This document shows positions 10,401-19,600 of a stretch of 64,000 nt of DNA, in pieces. The position numbers were made by a program, and so were the translations under genes. Below the pieces are notes generated by a model that worked only from the letters and a program-made list of their open reading frames with translations, had not been told where the DNA came from and did no database searches. Within the stretch, counting starts at the first letter, position 1; each line of letters begins with the position of its first letter. This DNA is from Amoebophrya sp. A120 (Eukaryota > Protista > Dinoflagellata), in NCBI GenBank assembly GCA_905178155.1, contig CAJINV010000002.1, positions 9,554,650 through 9,618,649 of the forward strand. Reading direction: 5' to 3'.

Positions 10401-12591
10401 GAATCTCTTCTGCGCTCATCACGAACTTCTTTACCTGGGCGGCCCGGTAGGGAAGAATTTTGTTGCTGCCAGAAGGCCTCACCAAAGCCTCGCCCTTGAG
10501 GGGATCGACCCCAACGCACGTCCCGGTCTGCCTCCAGTGCGCTTTTCCCCCGTGCCAGTTCTCCGACTGCTTGCCATGGGCCCGCAAAATGCGAACCGTG
10601 TCTCCCGGGCTTAGTTCGGAAATGTTCGTGATGGACCGGCTCAGCTTGTATCCGCGGTTGAAACGGCGAACCCGACTCAGCATCTCTTTCCACTGCACCT
10701 CGATCATCGCCTTTTTCTGCTCCTGCAAAGCCGACCCGAACTGTTGCAGGATGTAACGCGACCCCCGGTCGTCGTTGCCCTCGCAGTGGCCGTGGGCGAG
10801 GTTGTTGGGGCTGTAGCAGGTACCATGCGCCCCCGGGCAGGAATTCAACAACTCCTCGCAGTAGTCCAAAAGCTTTTCCTTCAACTCGAACTGGTCCGCG
10901 TCGACCTTTTTCGAGTTGTAGACCGTGTCCGCGAAATCCGCAATAGCCTTGGAAACACCCCGCAGGCCGACGATCTGTTCTAGCAGCGCGATCTTGGTCC
11001 CCCCGGTTAGCAGCAAAATTTTGTTCAAACTTTTATTGAACTTTGCGTGCGCCCGCTCCTCCTTCCCGATCATGTGCGGCGACTTGAACGGGATGGGCAG
11101 CCCAATTATGTCGTTCTCCACCAAGAACCCCTCTACTTCTGCGTTGATCTGGTCCGTTTTCTCGTCGTAAATGAAGCAGGTCGGGAACCCCCCGGCGCGG
11201 CTCTTGAAGCGATGCAGAGCGGCCGGAACTTGCGCCGGTGGCTTTTCGGAATTCGCGCCCGTTTTCTCCGGCAAGTGGTGGTCGATAAGGTGCAGGATCC
11301 GCTTCTGTGCACCGAAATCGAACATGTGGTAGACCATCCCAAGGGCGGTGCTAACTGCGTCGCCCCCGACCAGGAGGCGGGGCCGTGCTGCGAACTGGCT
11401 AAAGCCCACCGGGTGGAGGATGTCCCGCGTTTTGTCAAAGGTGGCGCACTCCTCGCACAGGTCGTATTTTCGGATCCCTTCGAAAAACTCCCTTTCCTTC
11501 GCGTCCTTGATCTTTTCCCCCAGGGTTGCAAAGTGGCCGCCGTTGTAGTGCAACCGCACTAGCCACTCTTTGCGCTCCCTCGTGATTCGCGGAAAACGTT
11601 CAAAAAGCTCCGCGATCGACGTCGGCTTGGGGCCGGCTAGGAACCCGCTAAGAAAGATCGAGAAAACCTGTTCCCGCGGACTTGCGGCCCTGAACTCCGT
11701 CTCCACCAAAAGAATGTCGTCCGCACTGTTCACCCGAAGGTCATCGCCCGCCAGTACTAGCATCTCTCCGCTGGTGCTAGTTTCGTTCCGGAACCCAAGC
11801 TGCCGCTGGAAGCTTCTTCCCACCAAAGGGTGGAACCGCCCTGGGAGCACCCGCCAGCACCCAGGTCGCCACGCGGTCCACCGTCCGTCTGTTTTCCTGT
11901 GTCGCATCGCAATGTTGGAAAACCCCAAGTCTGCTACTGCGCCCTTGGCCGTCTCCCAAGTCTTCTTCGGCCCGGTTTCAACAACTTGTGCTCCGAGTTC
12001 GCGCGCCCCGTCCGCCGGGAACACCAGGGAGCTCGCCCCAGTGTCGAAACAGGCAAAAAGCGTAGCGGTAACCAGATCGGCGCCCCGGCTCAGGTAAACC
12101 AGTCTTAGTCGTTCCACGGCTTCGCTGCCGCCCGCGGTAGTGCTGGTTTGTGCGTTTTGGATATTTACATGAGATTTATTTGCAGTTTTGCATGTGCTTT
12201 TCATCATCAAAGTCGACCCGAAATCGGTTGGCTTCTCCCTCGCTTGCTCGCTACCCGCTGCGGTAGCTGCCTCCGATTCCCGGTCTTCAAGATTGCGCTC
12301 CGGCTGCAAAAGGCTGCCGGGCCGCTTGGTCGAAATCTTCTTCCCGTCCGTCTGCAAAAGGCTTTCGGAGGAGGAAGACGTAGTGGTAGTGCTGGTAGTG
12401 CTTGTTTTTGCTTGCGGCAAAGTGCCGCTCGCTGTAGGTCTGGAAGGTGGAACGAAAATTGTACACGGTGAAGGAACAGGTCGCGCAGAATTCACATCAA
12501 AATCTTTTGCAGCATAGGCCGGAGCCACGTCGCGGCGCGTGGCTGTGCTGTTTTCTTTCCGGCTGCTGCTTTTCGTGTTTCCACTAGATAG
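7456..12591 (-). CDS. pol: Copia Pol (aspartic protease, integrase, RT, RNase H), in frame with gag after a single UGA
   Basis: FDTGAS protease; LHYNGGH..CEEC zinc motif; candidate D,D,E in GDAV / YDEK / KEER; LYGLADAP, HVDDT; RNase H motifs; frame open from 12591. Confidence 0.93.
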   Translation of the reverse strand, partial: LSSGNTKSSSRKENSTATRRDVAPAYAAKDFDVNSARPVPSPCTIFVPPSRPTASGTLPQAKTSTTSTTTTSSSSESLLQTDGKKISTKRPGSLLQPERNLEDRESEAATAAGSEQAREKPTDFGSTLMMKSTCKTANKSHVNIQNAQTSTTAGGSEAVERLRLVYLSRGADLVTATLFACFDTGASSLVFPADGARELGAQVVETGPKKTWETAKGAVADLGFSNIAMRHRKTDGRWTAWRPGCWRVLPGRFHPLVGRSFQRQLGFRNETSTSGEMLVLAGDDLRVNSADDILLVETEFRAASPREQVFSIFLSGFLAGPKPTSIAELFERFPRITRERKEWLVRLHYNGGHFATLGEKIKDAKEREFFEGIRKYDLCEECATFDKTRDILHPVGFSQFAARPRLLVGGDAVSTALGMVYHMFDFGAQKRILHLIDHHLPEKTGANSEKPPAQVPAALHRFKSRAGGFPTCFIYDEKTDQINAEVEGFLVENDIIGLPIPFKSPHMIGKEERAHAKFNKSLNKILLLTGGTKIALLEQIVGLRGVSKAIADFADTVYNSKKVDADQFELKEKLLDYCEELLNSCPGAHGTCYSPNNLAHGHCEGNDDRGSRYILQQFGSALQEQKKAMIEVQWKEMLSRVRRFNRGYKLSRSITNISELSPGDTVRILRAHGKQSENWHGGKAHWRQTGTCVGVDPLKGEALVRPSGSNKILPYRAAQVKKFVMSAEEIQHGRPLGDYMTAPIDFHPLPGITAPEDRKQQVSAPGAVGTGEEKKTTTSGNNSKLPVAAAAEPTFQPPRKIIKEERKRGRPPKQKPASTVQPLEPPRPPPEAVPQQAGAAGQKRSAQDILEEEIFGSPIPEEPASKTRRLLMTSCDALFTRDKSTPATKIDDRGAAFSTFNISTGPVYNCELTEAAQAFVAQTSTGRARVEEEDDKLFLVEADPVERDPVLRTAGDWKNQLRAIESNTNFLQDLITQRGRQTVFKSSFRDPVVTEINKLLNGRPVSGTAAGFGGDVYVVEAKVFRRGCQVPPTLRGYDQAFRFGHQTPFQVFEPGQDRPQREDLHLFLKIEQPREVNWEAVTPNGCSVELTMAQIDKYGLWHLVDEARAAEVKGIQALGVFDMGSQQDDRPAGASVVASRIVFTLKFNSGKFVKAKMRWRAKGFMDSRLEGGKLEKRCHTLCDSSLLVILHWLSKHNKLANIADISQAFLRGDLLLDPVWLEIPTAIQGNTAFGFQAKYIKLRRCLYGLADAPLAWQKVLFRSLKEAGWRQDLQDPCLWYFPKEKAEPAAADEKRTTGTEAEPEETPAEPSGDEERRNANPLLRSSIDDPLLKEQEIEGILGVHVDDTIYGGSQRAHESLEKVFEQFPPGSRTCLQPGDSDNFCGRSIKCTKHGELLPEEKQENGFELKEGEKIVAGADSDCALAFEVGQQSFIKTMSPITEEEVQKFFANRRRKSPLRRAIGELMWVTKCQVSFVANICILAGMVNDEAEEEEYSALVAEVNDLIGQVKEHAGDAIHIRPTSQAPDVILGLVDASLVPRLGALVCLLNKEKAASGQGDEGTEKLVYNMITHYSSKPSRVFSSSTSAELLAIRLIISELLYFRGICVSAGLTLSVQPLVICTDSNNIVRSSSSTMIRTPSERNLRADYNFISRLIQDGDLLLWHIKGAANPSDILTKQVEKCNLEMVRDFLQHHKAQFALPPEVLCMLGDG

Positions 12592-13905
12592 TCACGGGGG
12601 ATTCTTGTTCTCGCCAAATTTGGCGACGTACTCGGCCCGCTTCTTGCGCAAAGTCTCCTTCTCGGCCGCTGTGTGGATCTTCTTGCAGTTTCCGTACTTG
12701 ATGAAGAAGTAGCACCGGTCGCCCAGGCCGCAGTGCGTTCCCCCGCCGGGTCCGCGGTTCCCGTTCCCCGTGCCGGTGTACAAAAGCTGATAACCGTTGT
12801 TGAGGTGGCCGCGAAACCAGTCCGACCACTCTTCCCCCGTGTAGCTCGGTTCGGTATCCACCGGTGGGCAGGTCATCAGATTGGCGTGGTTCACCGGCTG
12901 GTTGTCCCGCGGGTAAATCTCCGTGTCGTTTGCCGCCCCGCTGTGTTTCAAGGTGTAGCACACCTTGGAAACTGTTGTCTGCTCCCCGAACACCAGCCGC
13001 GCCATGCGCTGGGTGGCGCGATCCAGCAGTGCCGTGCGGAGAATCGCATCACCCGCCACCAGGCTGCTGACTCCAGCGGACATTTTCGCCAAGGCGGTGT
13101 ACTCCCGCTCCTTGGCCCGGACGAAGTCCCCGACCTTGGTTCCCCGCGGTCTCAGCGACTGGAGCAGGGCGGTGGTGCGATCGTTTAGCGCCGTGGACGG
13201 CGTCCCGGTGTTGTCCAGCAAAAGCTGTTTCGCCAAGGCGAAAAGCGATTTCCCCGCGATGTTTTCCACCGTCTCCTGCGATTCCGCGTGCACCTTGAAC
13301 GCCCCGACCGCGATAAGGTCGAAGACGCTTTCCTCGTCGAATTCCAGCTTCATCATCATCCGCGCCCATTTCGCAAGCCGCGGTAGGTACTTCGCCATTG
13401 ACTCCTTGTCCGGCTGGAAGTGTGGCATCTGGTCCGAAATCTTGTCCGCCTTGATCGTCTCTTGCGGCGTCAGCGTGCGTCCCAACGGCTGCGGGAAGTC
13501 GAGCCAGTCCGACAGCATCGCCGCAATGGCGGTTCCGGGCTCCGCCTGCTCGGCGGGGGAAGAAGAAGCCAGGTCGGAAAACATTTTTTGCTGAAACGCC
13601 AGTCCGCCGCGGATTTCTGAAGTTCCAGTAGCGCTGCTCGCGCTGCTTGCCGCTGGTTCGGTCGTTCTTTCCGCTGCTAGTCCTGTGCTTGGCTTCTCCG
13701 GCGCCGCTAACTTGCCAAGCACCATGGTCAGCATGTCCGTCTGCCTCGCCATAGCCTCGCCCTGCTTGGCCATGGCGTCCGCAATCGTGCTCATGGACGT
13801 GCTGATCGCGTTCATAGCACCGCTTGAGACCGAAGAACCGCTGTCGAACTCGTCATCTGCGCCCGCCCCGCGGGTTTTACTTCCCTTCCGCTGCTTCTTC
13901 GCCAT
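12592..13905 (-). CDS. gag: Gag (437 aa) with C-terminal C-x5-C-x8-C-x3-H motif
   Basis: First long ORF after the PBS; position relative to pol; CGLGDRCYFFIKYGNCKKIH. Confidence 0.85.
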   Translation of the reverse strand: MAKKQRKGSKTRGAGADDEFDSGSSVSSGAMNAISTSMSTIADAMAKQGEAMARQTDMLTMVLGKLAAPEKPSTGLAAERTTEPAASSASSATGTSEIRGGLAFQQKMFSDLASSSPAEQAEPGTAIAAMLSDWLDFPQPLGRTLTPQETIKADKISDQMPHFQPDKESMAKYLPRLAKWARMMMKLEFDEESVFDLIAVGAFKVHAESQETVENIAGKSLFALAKQLLLDNTGTPSTALNDRTTALLQSLRPRGTKVGDFVRAKEREYTALAKMSAGVSSLVAGDAILRTALLDRATQRMARLVFGEQTTVSKVCYTLKHSGAANDTEIYPRDNQPVNHANLMTCPPVDTEPSYTGEEWSDWFRGHLNNGYQLLYTGTGNGNRGPGGGTHCGLGDRCYFFIKYGNCKKIHTAAEKETLRKKRAEYVAKFGENKNPP

Positions 13906-14179
13906 TTCCGGTCGGAATTAGGTGCGAGGAAAACCTGCCGCCCGGTCGGTATCCGGACAATGCTACCTTACGGCCGCAGAAGACGCTTCGCCGGTTTTCA
14001 AGCGTGTTTAGCGATCCCTCGTGGGTGGCGAAGACGGTATATACAGGGCAAGGCGGTGAAGCTCGTCGTCGTCACGCCGCGAGAGAGAACACCTGGAAAC
14101 GTGCAAAAACAGGTCGCGAACGGGTCCCACCTCGTCGCGCCGTGAGGAAATAGAAGAAGTCACCCCGGCAGCCTCTGCG

Positions 14180-14193
14180 GAGTTACGGCACCA
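14180..14193 (-). promoter_or_regulatory. Primer binding site TGGTGCCGTAACTC, complementary to a tRNA-His-like 3' end
   Basis: Abuts the 5' LTR; + strand GAGTTACGGCACCA resembles the eukaryotic tRNA-His end GAGTCACGGCA-CCA. Confidence 0.8.
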
Positions 14194-14557
14194 TGTTAAA
14201 TAGCATCGAACTATCTTAGCAACGCACTAGGAACACGCTTCCCAGATGCGGCAGAACCACCAGACGACCTTCGTCCGGAACTCGAGATAGTAGAACCAAC
14301 CTAAAACAGCAAAGGAAGATGCGCATTGTCAGTCCACGTCCGCCATAGCATGCGGATATCCTCGAAACACGAGCAGAGTACACGAATCCCTCTCGATTCT
14401 CTCCCCCCACTCCTGGCCCACGACTCTAGCGATATTCACGACCTTAACCAGCTAAGTACGACCCTGAAGCGCTAAGGCTGTAAAATACGATATACAGGCG
14501 CAGGCGTGCCAATTTGTGGCGCTGGTGGTGTGCACCCCACCAACACCACAATTGTTA
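14194..14557 (-). repeat. 5' LTR of copia copy B (364 bp)
   Basis: Direct repeat of 5939-6304. Confidence 0.95.
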
Positions 14558-16622
14558 CCAATACACTTTCCATCGTTTTTTAATTTATTGAGGCAAGCTG
14601 TTTTTTTTTTATTTTCATAAAATTTCTAAATTTTTCAAAAATTTGAAAAAACACAAAAGGTGCATACCACCTTGTAAAAACAATGAAAAAAAAACTATGT
14701 GGTAAGACAGACACGCACACTCTTCATATGTCCACGCACTCAGTGTAAAATACTTTGATAATCTGTATAGTTGCCTACTTTAAAAAAAAACAAGAAGGGC
14801 TGACCGCCAACGCCTCCTCAAGATGTGGTAAAAATGAAAGATCAAAGTAGATCGATTGCCTATGTTGTGTATTATGTTGGGCTGTCTTTATCTATTCACA
14901 TCTAGTTAACCTGATTTGGATAGGTGCGCACATGATTTTTGGAAATTGTGAAGAGAGGAGTCTTCCTCTTCTGGATATCTGGGAGAATACTTTCTCCAGA
15001 TCATCAGAAATCGTCTCTATATGATCCAGCTTTTCAGTATTAAGCTTTCTACAAAGGACGCGGGGCTCGTCAGTCTTGGAACGTCACCCATAGACTGAGT
15101 TTCCGCAAAATCGAGATGAGATGTATGGAGGCTGGCAGGCCAGGTTCTCTCCAACCAGCTTATCTCCAATATGGAGCCACTGGAATCCGGGCAAGAGTAG
15201 GGCTCCGCGGTGATTCAGAGGCGCTTTTGTGCGCTGTTTTTATGTATCGCGCCGGCCCTTTTATGGTGCGTCTTTGTATTCATTCAGCTCCGCCCGTCCC
15301 GCGGTGACGGGCTTCGTGTGTAAAGGATAAACGTACTGTCATATAGGTTTCCGAGGAGCCTGCTTGTCGGCGTCCGTAACCCAACGGAGATGGCGGCAGT
15401 GGCGCGGACCGCTTTGCTCTACGATTTAGCGTTCCTACGTCAGTCAGGTGGAGCCGCCGCGCGCTCCCACAAGTTGCGACGGCCTGGATTTTCAAGGATT
15501 CCGAGAAATCGGCCAGGCGGCGCCGGATGCGCGATGAGCGCGACCGGTTCCGCCGCGTCGTTTGCGTCGGCACAAGCAATTGAGACGCCAAATAATACTG
15601 GGCGGGGACGCAGGTGCGCGGCGACACGAGCCCTTTTCTGTGCGTGCCGCGGCCGCGGAAAAGCCGCGCGCTTTGTTGAGCGCGAGAAGCCCGCGCTCCG
15701 CCCTGGTCGCACTGCTGCTCCCAGTGCGCGGGCGAGGGGGCGCTTCAAGGAAGCGGGGCGCGGCACATATTTTCGTTCGCGTTGCGGGGCGGCCAGTTCT
15801 AGCTTCAGTGCGAATGGTCCCGTGGCGTCTACTTGCCAATCCAGCGTCTGGGGTCGTGGATCGGACAAGCTTTTCATCGCGTGCGCTGTCTGCCCTCGTC
15901 TCTGCATATCATATGGAATCACCGCAGTTGGACGTCCACAACGGAGCGCAGCGGTGACAGTACGCACGACGACCGTCCTCTAGTCAGATGCAAAAAGAGA
16001 GTCGAACGTCGAGGGAATTTCTACGCACAGACATGCCACTAGCGTAGATATTTAACTGCAACCCGCCAAGAACTGAAACTAGACGGACCGTGAGCGTCAT
16101 ACATTGAGAGCAAAGTGTCACTGCCGCAAAGAACTAGGAGCGAAGCGTTCACTTACCGAGTGTGAGGGAAGCAGAGAACTTTACGAATTCTCGGCATGGA
16201 TGCAACAAAAGCATACAACATGCAAAACCACGGACGCACACGCAAGAATATTTATCATGAACTCGACGAAACAGGACTCCGTTTGCTCTTTTTTCCAGTT
16301 TCTCGACCTCCATGCATGCCTGCCCGACGGGCCCTCCTCTATCGCATTCGAAAGGAGAAGTGGCCTTCGTTCGCCCATCTTATTTCACCCTGCATAAAGT
16401 AAGAGCTCACGTGCAAGAAGTTTCCCCTTACGTACAGATAAGTTCGGCAAGGAGATTCGGCTCGAAATTTGTCGATCCCGCAGTCTTTTTCGACCCAACC
16501 CCGATCTACCCAGCTGCCCTCCGATCGCGACCGGCTGCCTAGGCCTGCCTGCCTGAGCTACCATGCGCGGGCCTCTGGCACCGAAGAGGGCCTCGGCCTC
16601 TAAGTCCACGCCTCGCGTCAAG

Positions 16623-19600
16623 ATGCACCAGCCGCGCCGGTTGTTGTATGTTCTACTGCTGGTCGCGCAGCGAACGGCCTTCAGCAAGGCGGTCACGCAG
16701 TTCTCCTACTGTCCCTCGGTGGACAAGAACTCGCCCAATGGGCTCGCCTGCCAGCGGTGTTTGTACGACGAATTTTGCCCCCCGTCCGCGCCGACCTGCC
16801 ACCACATCCACAAGGTGTGCTACGATTCGACCGTGCCCTTCCAGTGCAACGTGAACGCGACGATCAGCGACATGTCGACTTCGGCGAGCTGCGAGGGAAT
16901 CTGCAACCCGACCTACCCGCCCTTCTTCTGCCCCAACGCCTGTTTGAACGAGGATTTCCCCTGCAAGTGGGTCCCCAACTGCAACCCGAACAGCGAGACG
17001 CACATGGCCTGCCTGCAGGGCTGCGAGGATATCCCAAAGGGCAAAAAGCTAGCGCATCGTATTTCATCTAAGCTGTAAAAATGAATCAAAATCGGTCATG
17101 GGCGACCCCACAGCATCCAGGTAATATTGGAGAAAATTTTGGCGTGTGCAGCTTCTTGATCTACAAATGCGCTAGCATTTTGTTTCGGGATAGGGGACCA
17201 CAGCTCGATCCTGCCGTCGCGCCTTTCTCTGTGCAGCAACTGCGCGCAGTGCAAGGCGGTGTACACCTGCAACCACCCGGACGTGCGTAACTACTGCCCG
17301 GTCACCTGCAAGACGCAGGAGTGCAGCGCGCGGTGCGGCCGCGACGAGCAGGGCGGCAAGGAGCACGGGATGGCGGTCAAGCAATGCTATCCGCCTGTGT
17401 AAACGCTTTGGATTCCCGAGGAGACCCGATAAGTTCAAAGCATGTGAAGACTTCCGTCCTACGAGGCGAGAAGTAGTTTCAACAGGTTTTGCAACACAAA
17501 ACTCGTAGGTCGCTCCGGCCAACGTGCTGTACTCTCCCTTAGATCTTGGATTTTACATAATTGCAGTAGTATTTTTGCGAAGCCACGCATGACAATAAAT
17601 GGGGGCCTGAAATGAAAGTAGACCACTCATCTCTCATGCTGATCAGAGAGAACTTGACGGTAAAATGTAGAGGCTTCCAACATGGTGAGGTGCATAAAAA
17701 ATGTTTCTTCCACAGTATTAAAGCGTGGAGGACCGAGTCCAGTATTTTTGCTTTTCCGGTTACTGCTCAGCTTCGGGTGGTCTTCTGGGGAACAATCGAT
17801 CGTTTTTGCACACCATAGCTGCTGGGAGTTTATCATCAACGACGGAAAAAGCTGCAACGAGATGATCAAGCGTGGGTACGACTGCCACTGCTCTTGCGGC
17901 GACCACTACGCCATGCACCGGCCCTACGCCTTCCCGGCGTCAACGAGCCGGAGTCTACCCAAGCCGGCGTTTTTCGTGGGCCGCGACCACGGCGGGGTGG
18001 ACCTCGGGCTGAACGTGACCATGACCGCGGGGCAGTACTTCCGGATCCAGGTGTCCGGCGTGGGGCTCGCGTCCGCCACGGGCGGGCAGACGGCGAAGAT
18101 CCGGATTCTGCAGTACCAAACCGCGAACATGGGGTGCGCCGAACCGCCCGCGCCGCACATGATGGGCATGGATGACACGAAGACGCCCTTCGCCGCCTCC
18201 ACCTTCTACAACGCGTGGGACAATGTGAAGATCGACGGCTGCGTATCATTTGGAAAAACGTCCCCACCCCAGAGTTGTCATGCTAATCTGCATGCTGAAA
18301 ATATTTCTCATGCGGAGCCCCATGAGGGGCATTCTCTAGTCGCGTTTCGGAATTCAGCATGATGCGCTAGATCTGTGATGCTGCTAAACTAGCTAAGCAG
18401 GACTACACTACGAGGCCAAACTTGTCATGCATAACTCCCAAGCCTTGGAGATTTGTGTTGCAAATTTCCCAATTTGACTATGGGGTGGAGACGTTTTTAC
18501 CCATGATACTGCGGCTCCTTCAAGGTCTGCCACTGCAACGGCGGGTGCCTGGTGCAGTCCGACTGGAACCACGTGGGCACGCTGAACATCGTCAGCCCGG
18601 CCGCCACGGTGCTCCCGGCGAGCGGCTTCGTGCGGCCGCTGCCGAACTGCCCCTCCGTCGTGGACCACTACATGCCCTACCTCCCGCGCAACACGCCAGA
18701 CATCGACGAGCGGGCTATGAACGCGGAGGAGGATACGGAGAAAGTGTCGCAGTTGCGCGTCGTGTTCCTGTTGCGCAACTGGCAGCAGTCGCTGTTCGAC
18801 TCCACCTGGGAGCGCACGCTGAAAAAGGTGCTGGCGCTGGAGCTACGGTCCTTCAACCCGCTTCTGAACGAGTGGATTCCGAACGAGGCGGAAAACGATA
18901 TCGTCATCACGACCAGCGGCACCAGAAGTCCCTTCTGGAGCGGGCGGCAGTTGGGGGAAGTAGGACCGGAAGAGAAGATTGAGACCATCGAGATCGCCGC
19001 GCCGGTCATTTTCGATCGCAGTGAATTGATGACACAACAAGAAGCGGAAGAACAAAGAGGAGGAAAAAATAGCAGAAGTACACCTAGAGAAGAAAGCAAA
19101 AACAGTAACGCGGCCCTCGCAGTAGACCCGCTCGCGAATGCCGGACTTCTGTACCACGACCCGAAGCGGCACATTGCGCGCCAGCGCGCGCTGAAAGAAG
19201 CCGAAGAGGCTTCGCTTCTTGCACAGAACAGCCGCAATTCCGCTGGAGAAAACAGCAGAATAGGCACTTGGTTCACCCCCTGGCGGCGGTTTCTCACGCG
19301 GCTATTCGCGGGAAGCCCAGCCTCCTACGAAGCTAACAAAAGAAAGTTCTTGAGGAAAACCAAACCGGAAGAAATAACAAATAACGGGAAGACTGCTTCT
19401 ACCACAGATAGTAATAGTCACGACATGGTGCAGCCGTCGGGCAGCAACACAGCGATAGAGGAAGCCAGCGCTGTCCATAAACAGCAGTCACCTGGCCATA
19501 GAGATAACAAAAATCCAACAGCAGGAACACCCGGTGCGGAGAACATCAAGCGGAAACTGACGATTATCGCCTGCGAGGACGACGACACCGCATTTCACAG

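Larger units (their letters stand above)
5939..14557 (-). mobile_element. Full-length Ty1/copia LTR retrotransposon (copy B), apparently intact and recent
   Basis: Two near-identical LTRs (one 2-bp indel seen), 5-bp TSD CCAAT at 5934-5938 and 14558-14562, PBS, PPT, gag, and pol in PR-IN-RT-RH order. Confidence 0.97.

Noticed and set aside
7691-13921. Plus-strand ORFs overlapping gag/pol (e.g. 8299-9741, 480 aa)
   Set aside because: Antisense shadows of GC-rich coding sequence with no recognisable motifs
14950-15010. Small hairpins GAAGAG..CTCTTC and ATCTGG.AGAA..TTCTCCAGAT
   Set aside because: Short, with no TSD or second copy; compatible with chance
15280-16042. GC-rich overlapping ORFs upstream of the first host gene
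   Set aside because: No consistent codon bias or motifs; probably promoter or degenerate repeat DNA
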